A stretch of 64,000 nucleotides of DNA from Lama guanicoe (Eukaryota): contig MU053513.1 of the NCBI GenBank assembly GCA_013239625.1, positions 1,600,927-1,664,926 on the forward strand, written 5' to 3'. Every line of letters starts with the position of its first letter. The first letter of the stretch is position 1. A program made the position numbers and the translations under genes. The notes under the pieces are model-generated. The model saw nothing but the letters and a program-made list of their open reading frames with translations. It ran no database searches and was not told where the DNA came from. Below, piece after piece: positions 25,476 to 39,123 of the stretch.

Positions 25476-26509
25476 TAAGGCTACTACTATATTTTTAACA
25501 AAGATATGAAATTAGTGTTTGTATTTTTTATTTTTACTTCACTACTCAAACATTGATGATATTATTCCATGAAAACACAACCATCTTCCCTTTATTAAAA
25601 GAAAATTACAAAGAGTCTGATTCTTCTCTTTAATGTTTACAGTTTACAAGGTCAATTTCTCATGCTGGGGTAGAAGTGGTTAGTTCATCTCCACCTAAAG
25701 GACACATCACAGTGTATTTTTTTTTAAATGATTTTCATTTTTTCAACCAAATCACAAAACTTAATATATGTTTATTATTTTATTTGTCAAAGTTAATAAC
25801 AAAGTTTCTGTGCTTAGTAATACATTTGAGGGACGTGTGTCACTCTACTTTAGGGAGCCACAGGCCAGAATTAAATAAAACTTCTAATGGTATTACATTT
25901 TGTTTTTAATAACTTTAATAAAACTTCATTGTTTGGGATATTATGCTTCAGTAATAAGTATAGAGAAATAATTTTTACAGAAGTATGAGTCCTTTTTGAT
26001 TTTATAATCAATTTAAATATTAAATATGTTTAGGAGTAAAGAGAGCTAAAGAATGCATTTTAACTACAAAAAAATTACAAGTATATAACTAGTCATTCAA
26101 TTGATACCATCTTTACTTTCTTCTTTGGCTTTATTCATAGACAGTAAAAAAATAAGTTTTATTTTTCCAACTCACAAATCATTTCTTGGTTTATAGTAAA
26201 TTAGTACAGAGAAAGACAGCATGCCTTCTAAAGTCTCAGAAGAAATTACTATTAAATTTTAGATCATTACTCTACTTGAAGACAAAGGATTCCTAATAGT
26301 TTACCAGTGGTCCTCCTGAAAACTTTTTCTGTCGCTATTTCTCAACTGGGTACATTTAGACCTGAAATTTCTCATCTAGCATTAATATTAGTAAATTATG
26401 ACTTTCATTCTCTGATACTTCTTATCCAAGAATAAGCAATCTGAGATTCATCATACCTCGTTAACAGTGCTTGAGATATTTGAATAGTGGTTATAAAATT
26501 TGCTAAGGT

Positions 26510-26766
26510 AGCATGAGGGAATATTGATAATGTGGTTAGACGCACAGATTTTGGAGCCAGACTGCCTGTATTAGAATCTTGCCAGCATTGCTTACTAGTT
26601 GTGTGGCCTTGGACTTAACCTGTCTGTGCCTCAGTTTCCTCATTTGTCAAATGGGACTAATATTAATACCAATCTCGTAGGGCTGTTGTGAGGATTAAAA
26701 TCATGAGATAAATCTGTGATGTACTTAGATGTGCATGGCACATAACCAAAGTGTTAGCTACAATTA
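26510..26766 (+). mobile_element. MIR SINE, near full length
   Basis: tggagccagactgcctg...tgtgcctcagtttcctcatttgtcaaatggg core. Confidence 0.85.
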
Positions 26767-27074
26767 GGATGACAATAGTCTCATCATACGAACGAAATTT
26801 TTTTTCTAGACAAAAGATTACTATACCATACATATAACAAAATGTTCTTATCGACAAGCATATACATATACAACACACAAAAAGCTGTCCAGTTAAGAAG
26901 AAATGGCTTTTTCTAAATATTCCAGTTAATATTTGCTACTTGCTGATCTTGACTCTCTGTTAAAATTTTAAATTATTGAAACTTCATAAAGGTAATTAAT
27001 TATTCATTATATCTCAAATGCATGCCTTTGTATTTCAAAATCAAAATGCATTCATTATATTTCAAATGCCTTGT

Positions 27075-28600
27075 ATTTCAAATACACTAATTAAAACAAT
27101 GTGGCATTGGTGAAAGAACAATGAATCAGAAAAGGCACATAGATCAGTGGAACAGAATAGGGAGCCCACAAAGAGATTCATATAAACACAGTCAACTGAT
27201 CTTTGACAAAGGAGCAAAGGCAATACCATAGAGAAATGTTCCAAATAGTGTTGAAACAACTGGACACATACCTGCAAAGGAATGAATCTAGGTACAGATT
27301 TTACACCCTTCACAAAAATTAACTCAATATGTATTGCACATCTAAACGTAAAATGCAAAATGATAAAACTCCTAGAACATAGGAAAAATTGAGGTAATCT
27401 TGGGTTTGGCAATGTTTTTTAAATATAATTCCAAAGGCACAATTCATGAAAGAAAGAACTGACAGGCTAGACTTCATTAAAATAACAATTTTATGTGTAG
27501 AAAGACATTGTCAAGAGAATGAAAAGACAAGCCACAGACTGGGAGAAAAACACATATCTGATTAAAGACTGTTATCCAAAATATATTAAGAACTCTTAAA
27601 ATTACACCCTAAGGAAACAAACAGCTCAGTTAAAAAATGGGCCAAAGACCTAAACAGACACCTCACCAAGGAAGATATTCAGATAGCAAATAAGCATATG
27701 AAAAGACACTCCATATCATATGTCATCAGGGAAATGCAAATTAAAACAATGAGATACTACAAGACACCTATTAGAATGGCCAAAATCCAGAACACTGGCA
27801 ATACCAAATGCTGGCGTAGGATAATAGGAATTCATTTATTGCTGGTAAGAATGCAAGATAGTATAGTCACTTTGGAAGACACTTTGGTGGTTTGTTACAA
27901 AACTAAAATACACTTATCATGTGATCCAGCAATCATGCTCCTTGGTATTTACACAAAGAAGTTGAAAACCTATGTCTATACAAAAACCTGCATATGAATG
28001 CCAAAACCTGGAAACAACCAAGATGTCCTTCAGTAGTTGAACGGATAAACTAGTAAAATCCCATTCAGACAATGGAACTTTATTCAGCACTAAAAAGAAG
28101 TGAGCTATCAAGCCATGAAAAAACATGGAGGAAATATAAATGGATATTATAAAGTAAAAGAAGCCAGTCTGAAAGGCTACATACTATAAAACATTTTCAA
28201 AAAGGCAAAACTATGGAGATAAAAAAAAAAAAGATCAGTGGTTGCCAGGAGCTAGTGGGAAGGGAAGGACAAACATGTACAGAGGGTTTTTAGGGCAGTG
28301 AAACTACTCATATGCTTCTGAATGGTGGGCACATGTCATTAGACATTTGTCCAAATCCGTAGAATGCACAACACCAACAGTGAACCAAATGTAAATTATG
28401 GACTCTGGGTGATAATGTTGTTATCAATATAAGTCCATCAGTTGTAAACAAATGTTCCTTCTGGTAGGAGATGTTGATACATGGGGGGGTTCTGCATGTG
28501 TAGAGGCAAGAGGTATATGGGAAATCTCTGTACCTTCCACTCAGTTGTACTGTGAACCTAAAACTGCTCTAAAAAAGAAAGCCTATTTAACAATTTAAAA
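27075..28600 (+). mobile_element. Old L1 (L1MC-like) ORF2 C-terminus and 3'UTR
   Basis: Decayed ORF2 peptide ([11 protein letters not shown]...DPAIMLLGIY); 3' end gggaaatctctgtacc...gtgaacctaaaactgctctaaaa. Confidence 0.9.
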
Positions 28601-30044
28601 ATAAGTGGATAAAAGTAAATGTTTTTATTTCTTAAATATTTATCTTTGATTTTAGAGTCAGAAGACCTTTCTAGCCTTAATTTAAGTTGCTGCCTCGTAT
28701 ACCTCAATCATACTACATTACTTGAAAGATGCCTAGGGAAAACTATTATTTATCATTGAATCTTCTATTCCTATTAGTAGACTAGCATAAAGGGGCTACA
28801 AATGTCTAACAAATAAAGATCTCAGGATTTGAATGCTTGGTTTCTAATCTCAGCTCTGCCACTTAATAGGTAATTTAGCCAAATCATTTAATGTCTCTGA
28901 ATTCCTCACTCACAAAGCTTACTGTGAGAATCAGATAATATGCATGAAAGGACTAAAATTGTTATAATGACACATACCTAAAAATTGTTTTCATTATTCT
29001 AAGCTGTACAAACTATTTTGCTACCACTTGGAGGTCCATTTGACCAGTCATCTTACTTTACTCAGGAAATTTTACTTGGTATAAAGCACTAGAGTATCAA
29101 CCAGAATCACCTCCAAAGGACGCAGGCATTCTCCACGATCACGCCCCTTGCCGTGTTCCCTTTTCAGATCTTCATCCCTGAATTTTGGCCTCTTAGTGTT
29201 AAAAAAAAAAAAACTGTTCTATATCTTCCCCATAATAATAACATTTCTATAGTACTTTACAGTTTATCAAACACTTCCATATGCTTTCTCATATGTAATC
29301 TATATATACCCATGCACATCTGATGCTGAAACTAGTGATAAGATTTTTTCAATGGTTTGCAATCTAATAGTGAATTAAGATATTCTTAATACTTAACTAG
29401 ACATTCTTCCAATTTTAACATAAACTTAAGGAATACTGTGTCTGTTCTAGTATTTGGCCTGCTTTTTAGATAATATCAAATTATTATATATACTCAAACT
29501 ATTGGCCATCTAATAATAGAATAGATCTTACTCTACATGTTATACTTCCCTAAAATGCCTTCAAGCACTGAAGCATCATTGTCATAGATTTCTTATAGCA
29601 AATTGCTTGATTTAAGTTTGGAACTTAGACTCTATATTTTCAATCCTATGAAAAGGCTTCAGACTTTGAGCATAAGTTAAAACACCTAAAAATTTTGTCA
29701 TGGTTACAAATGCAACCTTATCCTCAGGGAAAAAAATTAAAAATTTTTGAAAAGATTCATGTCTTATTCCAACTAGGTTACAAAAAAGAAGAAGTAAACT
29801 TAAGGCAAGTGTCTTTAAGACATTAAACTCATCAATTTAAAATTACATTGTTCTTGAAACCCTGTTTTTTTTTCCAACTATAAATGTCCTTCTTTAGGTA
29901 ATTACAGTAATTTGGACTCATATTTGGAAGTAGGCAGTCCAATAATAGCATTTGAGTGCCCATTTTATAGTACCTGATGGGTACTACAAACTTGTTTTAA
30001 AAGATGAATGTCATCATAGGGAATATTCTCCGTGAATAAAGTAT

Positions 30045-30280
30045 CTCAATCATTCAGCAAATATTTACTGAGTGCATGCTATATGCTATAAACTAAATAG
30101 ACAACATCTTTGTGCTCATTCAACTCACATTCTAGTGGGAGAAGACAACCAATAAACAACTTACTAATGAAATAATAAAATTTCAGACAGTTTGAAGTGC
30201 TTCAAAGAAAAATTTTAAATGTTGCTCACACAGAGATTTAAGTGGCTACTTTAGCCAGGGTCATCAGGAAAAGCCTCTCT
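30045..30280 (-). mobile_element. LINE-2 3' fragment
   Basis: cattcagcaaatatttactgagtgcatgctatatgc...ctcacattctagtgggagaagaca. Confidence 0.65.
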
Positions 30281-31837
30281 TTTTAGCTCTGCCTTAAAAA
30301 TTGGGCACTAAAGTATGTAGTTATTTTGGCTAGAGGAAAAGAAGCAAGTCTGAGTATCACACTTTTTTAAAGATAATGCTTATGGAAAAACAATTGCACT
30401 GGTAAGAAATTCTTAATGACTCTTTTGACTCTATTATCAAGAAGAAATGTATTCAGCTCTCAGCACCTTTTCCATTTATTCCCTTTCCCTATGTACAAGT
30501 CTGTACACATCCCTGCAAATCTATAGCTAACAATCAAATTAAATAGTTCAATACAAAGACAGTAAACAATTAAAGGCCAAGTAAGTGTTATGTAACTATC
30601 ATAGGAGTTAAGGGATCATCAAGGCATAGAGGAAAAAGCATCAGATTTGGAACAAGAGAATTCGGTTCCAGTATTCTTAGCTTTGCTACCTAGTATTTAT
30701 ACAGAGTTTTGGAAAAACCAGATATTTCTCTGAGCCTCAATTCCCTTATTCCTCAACATGAGTAACATCATCCACCTCATTAGATTGCCATAAAGAATGG
30801 GAAAATATGGAAAGGGCTTTACAAAAAATACTATGCAAACGTTAATTATATGTTCATCTTGGGCAGAGCGGTGGGAATGGAAAAGGTTTCAGGAAAAAAT
30901 GTGAGCAGAGTCTTGAAAGACTGATATAATTCAGAAAAGAAGAGAGGAATGGGGAGGGTTTGTGATTTGGATCAAGAACTCAAAGCCCAGAGCATAAAAT
31001 GTATTTGATACAGCAAAAAGAATGGTCAGATTACAGCACGGGATTTAGGAAGGCTCACTTTAGGAAGCTGACAGAAGAAAGTTATGGTCAGGTTGTTGAA
31101 AGCTTTGAATGTCATTTTTTTAACTTAATGACTGCTCTTTCTTGTTCTTCAAAAAGTCCTAATTTGTTAGATCTTTGAAACAAACTATTTTAAAAGTTTG
31201 CTTCATTTCTTAAGTCTCAATTTACTTTGAAGCTAATGGAATTACTTTTTAATCACTATGGTTATATTAGTAATTCCCAAAGTTTTCAAGTTTTTATTCT
31301 GTGTCATTGCTTAATTTTATAATACTTTTCCTGCACAAAGCACTATAATAGAATATTCACATTCAATGTGATTAAGTCTTTACAAAAAAAGATTTAAAAT
31401 AAAATTCAAACAATTTTAGAGTATGTACCTTTAAAAATAGGTAAAATAAAATTGCTTTACAAATTTTATGAAAATTACTAGTTATCTGGAGACACACAGG
31501 TATAAGAAATATTCTATGCTTTTTAAAAAGCATCTCATTTTGGGGGAGTGTAGAACTGATTTTACTCTGTGGTGACATTAAAATGTCTCCTAATAAAACA
31601 GCCCTGTAACAACTTGCCCTTCTTTTACAGGAAGTCACTGAAAAGCTTACCAGAGGACTAGTGAACGTACAGTGAGCTAACATCATACTTTCCTAACATT
31701 TTAGAATTAAAGTGTTCTGTATATTATTTTTCAATATTGAATTAGAAAGCCAAAAGAAACTATAAAATTTCTAGGTCATTTTAAATGGGTCTTGTAAATT
31801 GGTACTTGATTATGTTGAAAGATCACATAATTTAGAG

Positions 31838-32156
31838 CAGAGCTGTCCAACAGAAATATAAAGCAAGCTACAAATGCAAACCACATATGTAACTTAAACA
31901 TTTTTAGAATCCACGTTTTAATAAAAGAAACCTGGGAAATTTTAATAATGTATTTTATTTAACCCAATGAACCTATTATACACTGTAACATGTACTCAAT
32001 ATAAAAATTATCAGTAAGATATTTTACATTCTTTTTTCACTCTAAGTCTTCAGAATCCAGTGTGAATTTTACACTTGCACAGCATCTCAATTCAGATAGC
32101 CACATTTCAGGCATTTAGCTTTATGTGGCCAGTGGCTACTGTATTAGACAGTGGGG
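31838..32156. mobile_element. MER33-like hAT-Charlie element
   Basis: cagagctgtccaacagaaat...gtggctactgtattagacag; 8-bp TSD atttagag (31830-31837) / atctagag (32157-32164), the length expected for hAT. Confidence 0.85.
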
Positions 32157-32327
32157 ATCTAGAGGTTCTTTCCAACCAGCAGTGCTGTGACCCAACTTTT
32201 CAGAAATCTTAACCTATAAACTACGGATGTCACCCATACACATCTCTGACATGCACATTTAGGAAAAACAAAATCTTAGCAGATGAACACTAAAGAAAAG
32301 TTCATTTTTACCCATAACAGGATTCCA

Positions 32328-32427
32328 GTGCTCACTTCAGCTATATATATAATTAGCATAAACAGACAATTAGCATGGCCCCTGTGCAAGGATGACATGC
32401 AAATCTGTGAAGCATTTCATATTTTTT
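32328..32427 (+). pseudogene. U6 snRNA retropseudogene, full length and CpG-decayed
   Basis: gtgctcacttc...attagcatggcccctgtgcaaggatgacatgcaaat...gtgaagcatttcatattttt is colinear with U6; the ACAGAGA box is altered (acagaca). Confidence 0.92.
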
Positions 32428-32562
32428 AAAAAGATAAATATGTAAGGTCAGGGGTTGTCAGAGGAGAGAACTCCTTTCACAACGTATACATATATCAAAT
32501 TACCACAATAAACACTTTAAATATCTTACAATACTGTCCTTATACCTCAATGAAGCTGAAAA
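32428..32562 (+). mobile_element. Short L1 (L1MA/MB-like) 3' terminus fused to U6
   Basis: tttcacaacgtatacatatatcaaat...ctttaaatatcttacaat...ttatacctcaatgaagctgaaaa. Confidence 0.75.
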
Positions 32563-33534
32563 CCAAAATATCCCATTTTTCATCCACAAAAAAAGGACTT
32601 TTTTGTGGGGACTTTTTCAAAGTAATATTTTACTTTTAGAGTAAAGTAGTGGGGATGGTTCTATTTACACATGCGCACTCAGTATACATCTTCACAATGA
32701 CGAAAGTAAAGACAACACTAGAAAATGAGGAACTTATGTGATTTTCCCATTATTCTTTTCTAAAGTTTCTCCTCTCACAAGTAGCCAGGGAAGGCATCAG
32801 AATCACCTGGAAAACTTAACTGGCCACCCAGAGAGGGGAATAGTCTGTTGCCAAAATGAAACCAACAGCTCCTCAGAATAAGACTAGAAGAAAAAAATGT
32901 ACGTAGCACAGAGGTAAGGCAGGAAAGGAGAGGGGAAGCTGCCGTTTCCCTGAGCTGTTAAGCTCTTAGCCAACACTGCAATAAACTGATTATCCAGCAA
33001 GTGTGTTTAGCTCTCCAACTGTTTACAACTCAGTAAAATGATTTATTTTAAATTTAAGTCAGTACTTAACCTTAACTGTGAAATATCCTTACAATACGTT
33101 GCATCTATGAAGGCATACATAATTAAACCACTGCTACTGTAGAAACTTAACCATGATTCAAAGACTGGATTGCAACCTACCATATAGGACACGTATAAAA
33201 TAAGCCAGCCTTTTCTTTAGTATTCACCAACTGCTATAAAATTAGGCCACTGACTGCCAAACTTCAAATAAAATGAGCCCAAAGTACTATAACTGCTTAA
33301 AGAAAGATACTTATAAATAAGAGGAAAAAACAGAATTTCAAGAATAATTTAATTTTAAATGGATGGGTTTTAATGTTTGAGTTTTTAATATTTTTAAATA
33401 GAGTCTTTTTATTATCTAGGCTAAATGAGCAAGTCAAGTTACTGAGATCCTACTGTGTTACGTGCCATGAAGGATAAAACAGTACGTCATGATCCCTTCC
33501 CTCAGGAGTTAATCATATAAACATATAAAATAGT

Positions 33535-33652
33535 ACCTATTGTCAGTTGCTGCTTTCACCAAGTAGTGGCAGAGTTGAGCAGTAGCAGAGTGTGGCCCAC
33601 AAGCCTAAAAATTTACTGTTTGGCCCTTAAGAGAAAATGCTTGCCAACCCCC
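33535..33652. mobile_element. MER58-like hAT fragment
   Basis: ggcagagttgag...tggcccacaagcctaaaaatttact.tttggccctt...ttgccaacccc. Confidence 0.7.
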
Positions 33653-34031
33653 ACTTTATACAAATTATTCGACTAGAGGGAGAGGGCAGGCTATAAAAGC
33701 ACTGAACACAATCAAATTTTATTATATCTAGCAAACTTTTTTTTTAACTGTAGTTTTCACTTTAAATACATGGCTTATAAAACATCAGCTTGGCTGATGG
33801 TAAAATAAAACTTGTAAACTAAAATTCTCAACCGGGGCATGTCCACTAAAGGGAATATATTAGAATATTTAGGGTAGTGAGGTGAGATGTTTATCAGAAG
33901 AGGGGCATTTATTTTAAAAGTTTGACAAAACTGTAATAATCATACCTCTGTATTGTTCAGCTTGACACCCAACTAAGTGTATCTGGCATTAAATGACTGG
34001 CTATTTCCCCAAATCAGATTTATACTGAAAG

Positions 34032-34613
34032 TAGTTGATTTATGTTATTTACCATAGTTATGTTCTATAAAGTTGCCATGAATGCTTAATAAATGAATAT
34101 TGAATCACTGCCCCTAAGGGAAATGCTGGGTTAAGTCAACTCATCAATCTATCACCTTGTTTCACGTGTGTTTCTGTTTGAAGACGCTATTTACTATAAC
34201 ATTAAATTCATGGCCTAACAGCACTATAACTCATACCTGAACGAGGCGTAACACATGTATTCCCTCCAGAAGGCACAACACAGCCTTCTTGTGCTTAGGA
34301 ACATTAGAGAGCACTTCAGCCCTACACTGGAACATCTCTTTAAACAGTGAAATCACCCCCCCCAAAAAAAGGTGCAAAAATGCACTACATAGACTACAAA
34401 GACATGTTCATGAGAGCTGAAATAAGAAAGCCAGGCACTGCCTTGTTGGACATCAGCAGGGAACATAGGGCTCAAATATTTTTTTGCTGCTCTGCCATGC
34501 ACATGCAAATGACCAGAAAAGCACACTGAGTACCGATTCCTGAGTTACAAGTAAATTTTAGTGAGTGGGCAAATTTGAAAGTAAAGAATTGGTGACCAAT
34601 GAAGGATCAACTG
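34032..34613. mobile_element. MER82-like Tigger-family element
   Basis: Inverted termini (tagttgat... / ...atcaactg followed by TA); internal gttatgttctataaagttgcc and acagcactataactcat. Confidence 0.7.
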
Positions 34614-37064
34614 TATAATGACGTACCCATTATTACTGATCATCTAAATTAATTATGATCAGTTAAAAAATTATTTTTGATTAACAGCAAAATGAATAGC
34701 TACACAGTCACCCAAAGTAATGTCTCTGAAGTGGTATTTCTTTGGTGTGTATAAATTGAGTGGTGTATTTCCCTCTTCCCTACTCCAAGCTCAGCTTACT
34801 GAGTTTTGAGACTCAGCCTCTAATTGGGCAAATCTAGCCCTCATCTTGGGGTAGGCGCCTCTGACCATGAGTTCTCATATTTTTTCCAGTATCTCCACTC
34901 TATCACTTATCACAACTACATAACCATTTGTTGGCTTATGCCTTATTCACTGGGCTGTAGCCTCCCTGAAAGACTCTTTTTTTTTTTTAAGAACTTTTTC
35001 TAGTACAAGGTCTTGTTTATAATACATGCTGTTCAATTAACTTTTACTGAGTGAATAATTCGATGAAATGAGAAAGTACGAGGACCTAAAGTATGATGAC
35101 TATGATATAAAAAGACAAATGGGTAAATGTAGTATAGAGGTAGAATACATACAATTTGCCAACCAACTTTATGTGGGGATTTGGAAGGATTTTAGATTGC
35201 TCTGGTTTCTACATTGAACAAAGATGTGGACACTGAGCTACTAATGAAAGTACAGAATATAGAAAGAGTCCATTTGAAGAAAAAGATGAGTTCCATTTAG
35301 TTGCCTATAGCCCTATTAATGACACCCCTTCATCTATGCTATTTGTGTACTTAGTAAATTTTATTGCCTAGTAAGACTGCATTCCTAATTACTACCTGCA
35401 TTGGAATAACTTGTTCCAACTAAAATGTAACATCATACAGGGGAAGAGTTTATTTAATTTTTGACTCCCAAAAATCCAGCACAACGATATTTGTTTGGAT
35501 TGAATGTGGATGAAGATGTCCAGTAGACAGTTAGATATGCTAAGCTGGGGCTTAGGAAAGAAGTCTTAGCTGGAGATTAAGATTTAGAAAAGATTATAAC
35601 ACAGGTGGCATTTTAAAGAGTAAAGGAAGAATAATTTTGAAAGAATCAAAGACAGAACTTTGGGACACCAGCATTTAGGGGGTACATCAATCAAGAGGAA
35701 ACAATGAAAAGCACTAAGAAGGAGCTATCAGATCAACCAAGTGAGAATGGCATGGCGGACACTACTGATTATAAACCAAACAGCCATTCCTATCTTCTTT
35801 CTGGCTAAGAGATATCTAGTTTCCTAACGAACAGAGTAACAAACTCAAGGAAGGTGGGAACCTGGGGAATGAATCATGGTTAGTTTAAGTCAGTCATGGT
35901 AACTACATTTCCTTTTGTCAGTGACTGGTATAAGGGTGGCCAATGGGATGTAAGGGAAATGCTCTAGGGAGCTTTGGGGGAGACTGTCTTCCCTATAGAG
36001 GTACCTACCCAGGAGAAACCCCAGCACTGCTGTTCTGCTTTTGGATGATGAAAATAAGTGCTTGCTCTCTTACAACCCTGAAAGTAAACCTCTGTGACAC
36101 AGTGAGAATGCTGGAGTACAAAGAGCTTGGGTCCTAACATTGTTGATTCTCTGAATCAATCTTGGAACTGTCTTATCATTGGACTTATTGTTAAAGAGAT
36201 TCTGGCTACTTGGAGCTAAAAGCATCCTGATACTGGTGTCCCAAAACCAAAAGGAGGACATTCATGAAGAATATAGGGAAGTCAAGAGGGTGATAGAAAA
36301 GCATCCACAAGAGTGGGAATGATTTTGGCTTCAGCAGTTATAGCTCATCACGGTAAGCACTCAAAAAACAAATACTAACCCTGTGCAAGCATTATTCTAA
36401 AAACTTAATACATATAATCTCATTTAATCTCTCACAACAATCCTGTGAGGTAGATGAAATTGTGGGCAACGAAAGCAAAAGCCAGAATACTGTAAATCGT
36501 GCACTAACAGGAATATGAAAATGGAATAGTACATTTAAACATTTCAAGAAAGCCATCTGAGGGAAAGAAGAGAAAGCTGTAATAAAGTAAGGGTAAAAGA
36601 AGGGTTTAAAATGGTCAAGAGAGAAAAAAACAATATAGAGGAAAATGAGATATACAAAAATACATACAAATACATAAGAAATAATTGCTTAAGTATGGTC
36701 TCAGAAGATAGGGTTTGGTACCAAGATAAAAAAAAAACAGATGAAATTTCAACAAAATTAGAAGTGGGGCTCTAAGATTAAGAGAAAATAAATAAAGAAA
36801 AAATTATAAATTTGAAGGCAAGAGGACTGGGAAGACTAAGAAGTTCATAGATGCTATCAATCCTCTTAAATAAATTTTTTTTTAAAAGGACATCCACTAT
36901 TCAGAAACTGAGAATAAAAGTGAGGCATCTGAAAGAGAATGGTGATGGTTTGATATAGCAGGTATGGTAAGTAGGAAGGAAATTGATCAGAAACAAGACA
37001 AGGATTACAAAATGTCACTGAGGACCCAGCCAAAATCAGAAACAATGATGTGATGAATCAACAT

Positions 37065-37303
37065 TCATTTCATTCATTTCTTCACAAACATTTTATTAAG
37101 GATCTTCCATATGCCAAGGCAGTTTTCTAGGTACTGGGGATACAACATGAACAAAAAACTCCAGCCTTATATGTACTTTACATTCTAATGGAGAAGACAT
37201 AATTTAAATGATTTTTTTAATAATTAAAAATATTCTTCAAAATACTATAAAGAACTATATTCAATACCTTGTAATAGTCTTAATGAAAATAATATAAAAA
37301 GGA

Positions 37304-37334
<31 letters not shown>

Positions 37335-38310
37335 AAAATAACTGCACCACTATGCTCTACACCAGAAACTAACACAACATTGTAAACCAACTACACTTCA
37401 ATTTTTTTAAAAAGTTACAAAACGTACTGTATGAAATGTTAGATCATGGTAGGAACTAAGGAAGATAAAGTGGGAAAGGGGAGGGGAGAATTACAATTTT
37501 AGATAGGGTAGCCAGAAATGGTTTCACAGGGAAAATGACATTTATACTATGACCTGAAAGAGGAAAGGAGGAAAGCTGTATACATACATGGGGGTAGAAC
37601 AAACCAGGTAGAGGGAAACATCAAGTATAAAAGCCTAGAGGTAAGGGAATGCCAGACATCTCTGAGGTTCAGTTGTTTAAGAATGATGGGGTAGGGGTGG
37701 TGAAGGGATTGAGAGATGGTCAGAGAAATTATAGGTGCCTAGATGGTATAGAGCCTTGTAGGTCATTAAAGAGTTTAGCTTGAGTTGAGGGAAGATGAGA
37801 AGCCATCGGATTGTTTTATGCAGAAGAATGATGGGATTGCTTTGGTTTCTATGTTAAAAATAGAGGGGAGGAGGATGGTGGGCAAGGAAGGAAGACCAGC
37901 AAGAATGTATTGCAATAGTTCAGGTGGTTTGGACCGTGATGCAGCAGTGAAGGTCCTATTTCATTTATTTTAAAGGTAGAGTCAATAGGATTTCTTGATG
38001 AATCAAGATGTGGGATGTGAGAGAAATCAATAATGACTCCAAGGTTTTTCAACTTCAGCAATCGAAAAGAACAGAATTGCTACTTACTAAAATAGGTAGA
38101 AGAGCTGGAGGAGGAAACTGGAGAGTTCAATATTGGAAATATTAAATTTAAGATGCCAGTTAAACTTACAAATTGAAATGTCTAATAGACAGTTGGACAT
38201 GAGTTTGGTACTCAAAGAAGCAATCCAGAGGGAAGATAAAAAATCGGGAGTAGAGGTAATCTTTAAAACCACAAGACTAAGAGAGATTATACCAGAGTGA
38301 CAGTAGATAG
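37065..38310 (-). mobile_element. LINE-2 fragment interrupted by a short L1 tail
   Basis: cattcatt...aaacattttattaag start; later ggtagagtcaataggattt, atgactccaaggtttt, agacagttgga. Confidence 0.7.
37251..37412 (+). mobile_element. Short L1 3'UTR tail
   Basis: gaactatattcaatacc...(TA)n...acaccagaaactaacacaacattgtaaaccaactacacttcaat. Confidence 0.8.
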
Positions 38311-38979
38311 GGGCAAAAAAGAATTGCAAATGTAGTAGTAACAATAACTATTACTAATAAGGTGGGGCCTCTACCTTAGCCTCAGGAGATGAATCATAAT
38401 CATTCAAAACCAAGTACGATACTTGCTAGAGAAATCCAGTGATTCAGCTCTGGTCAGCATAAGGTTAGTCCAATTGATATCCAGGAGAAGGGGATTTTTT
38501 TTGCTTTTAAAGAGAAGAAACTTTCTTTTCCCACTTTACCATCGTGCCTGCATAACACTGGGAACTGTGGCAACGATTATGCAATCATTAGGGACACTAA
38601 GCCACATGCTGAGGATGGTAGAGGGCAAAGATGAAAAAATATGGATACTTCATATGCTGTGGAGCTGCTAAATCAGCCAGCCCTAGAGCCACTCTGCGCC
38701 TGGATTTTGGGGTTATTATTTAACAAGGGTTTTCATTACTTATAAGCAATAGTGTCTGGTTACCATAATCTCATTTAATTTTCATAACAATGCTTAGGGT
38801 ACAAGCAACAAAATGAGACTCAAAAAAAGACTAACTATGGCAAGGTTAAATAACTTGGTACTTAGGTAGCAAATGGTAAATTGAAGCTTTTCTAATGCCA
38901 AGGTCTATTTTTAGTGATTCAAGGTAAATTTAAAGAGTGAACACAACTGAAAGATAAGAGGGAATGGGATTTGAGAATT

Positions 38980-39123
38980 TTTTTTAAACTTTTTTTTTGG
39001 AAGGGAGAGGTAATTAGGTTTATTCATTTATTTATTTTTTTAGAGGAGGTACTGAGGATTGAACCCAGGACCTTATGCATTTGCTAAGCATGTGCTCTGC
39101 CACTTGAGCTGTACCCTCCCCCA
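38980..39123 (-). mobile_element. tRNA-Ala-derived SINE
   Basis: Reverse-complement head and tail; TSD ggaKttgagaatt at 38967-38979 and 39124-39136. Confidence 0.9.

Noticed and set aside
32328..32427. Functional U6 snRNA gene
   Set aside because: Many substitutions and deletions including the ACAGAGA box, no evident PSE/TATA upstream, and fused to an L1 tail.
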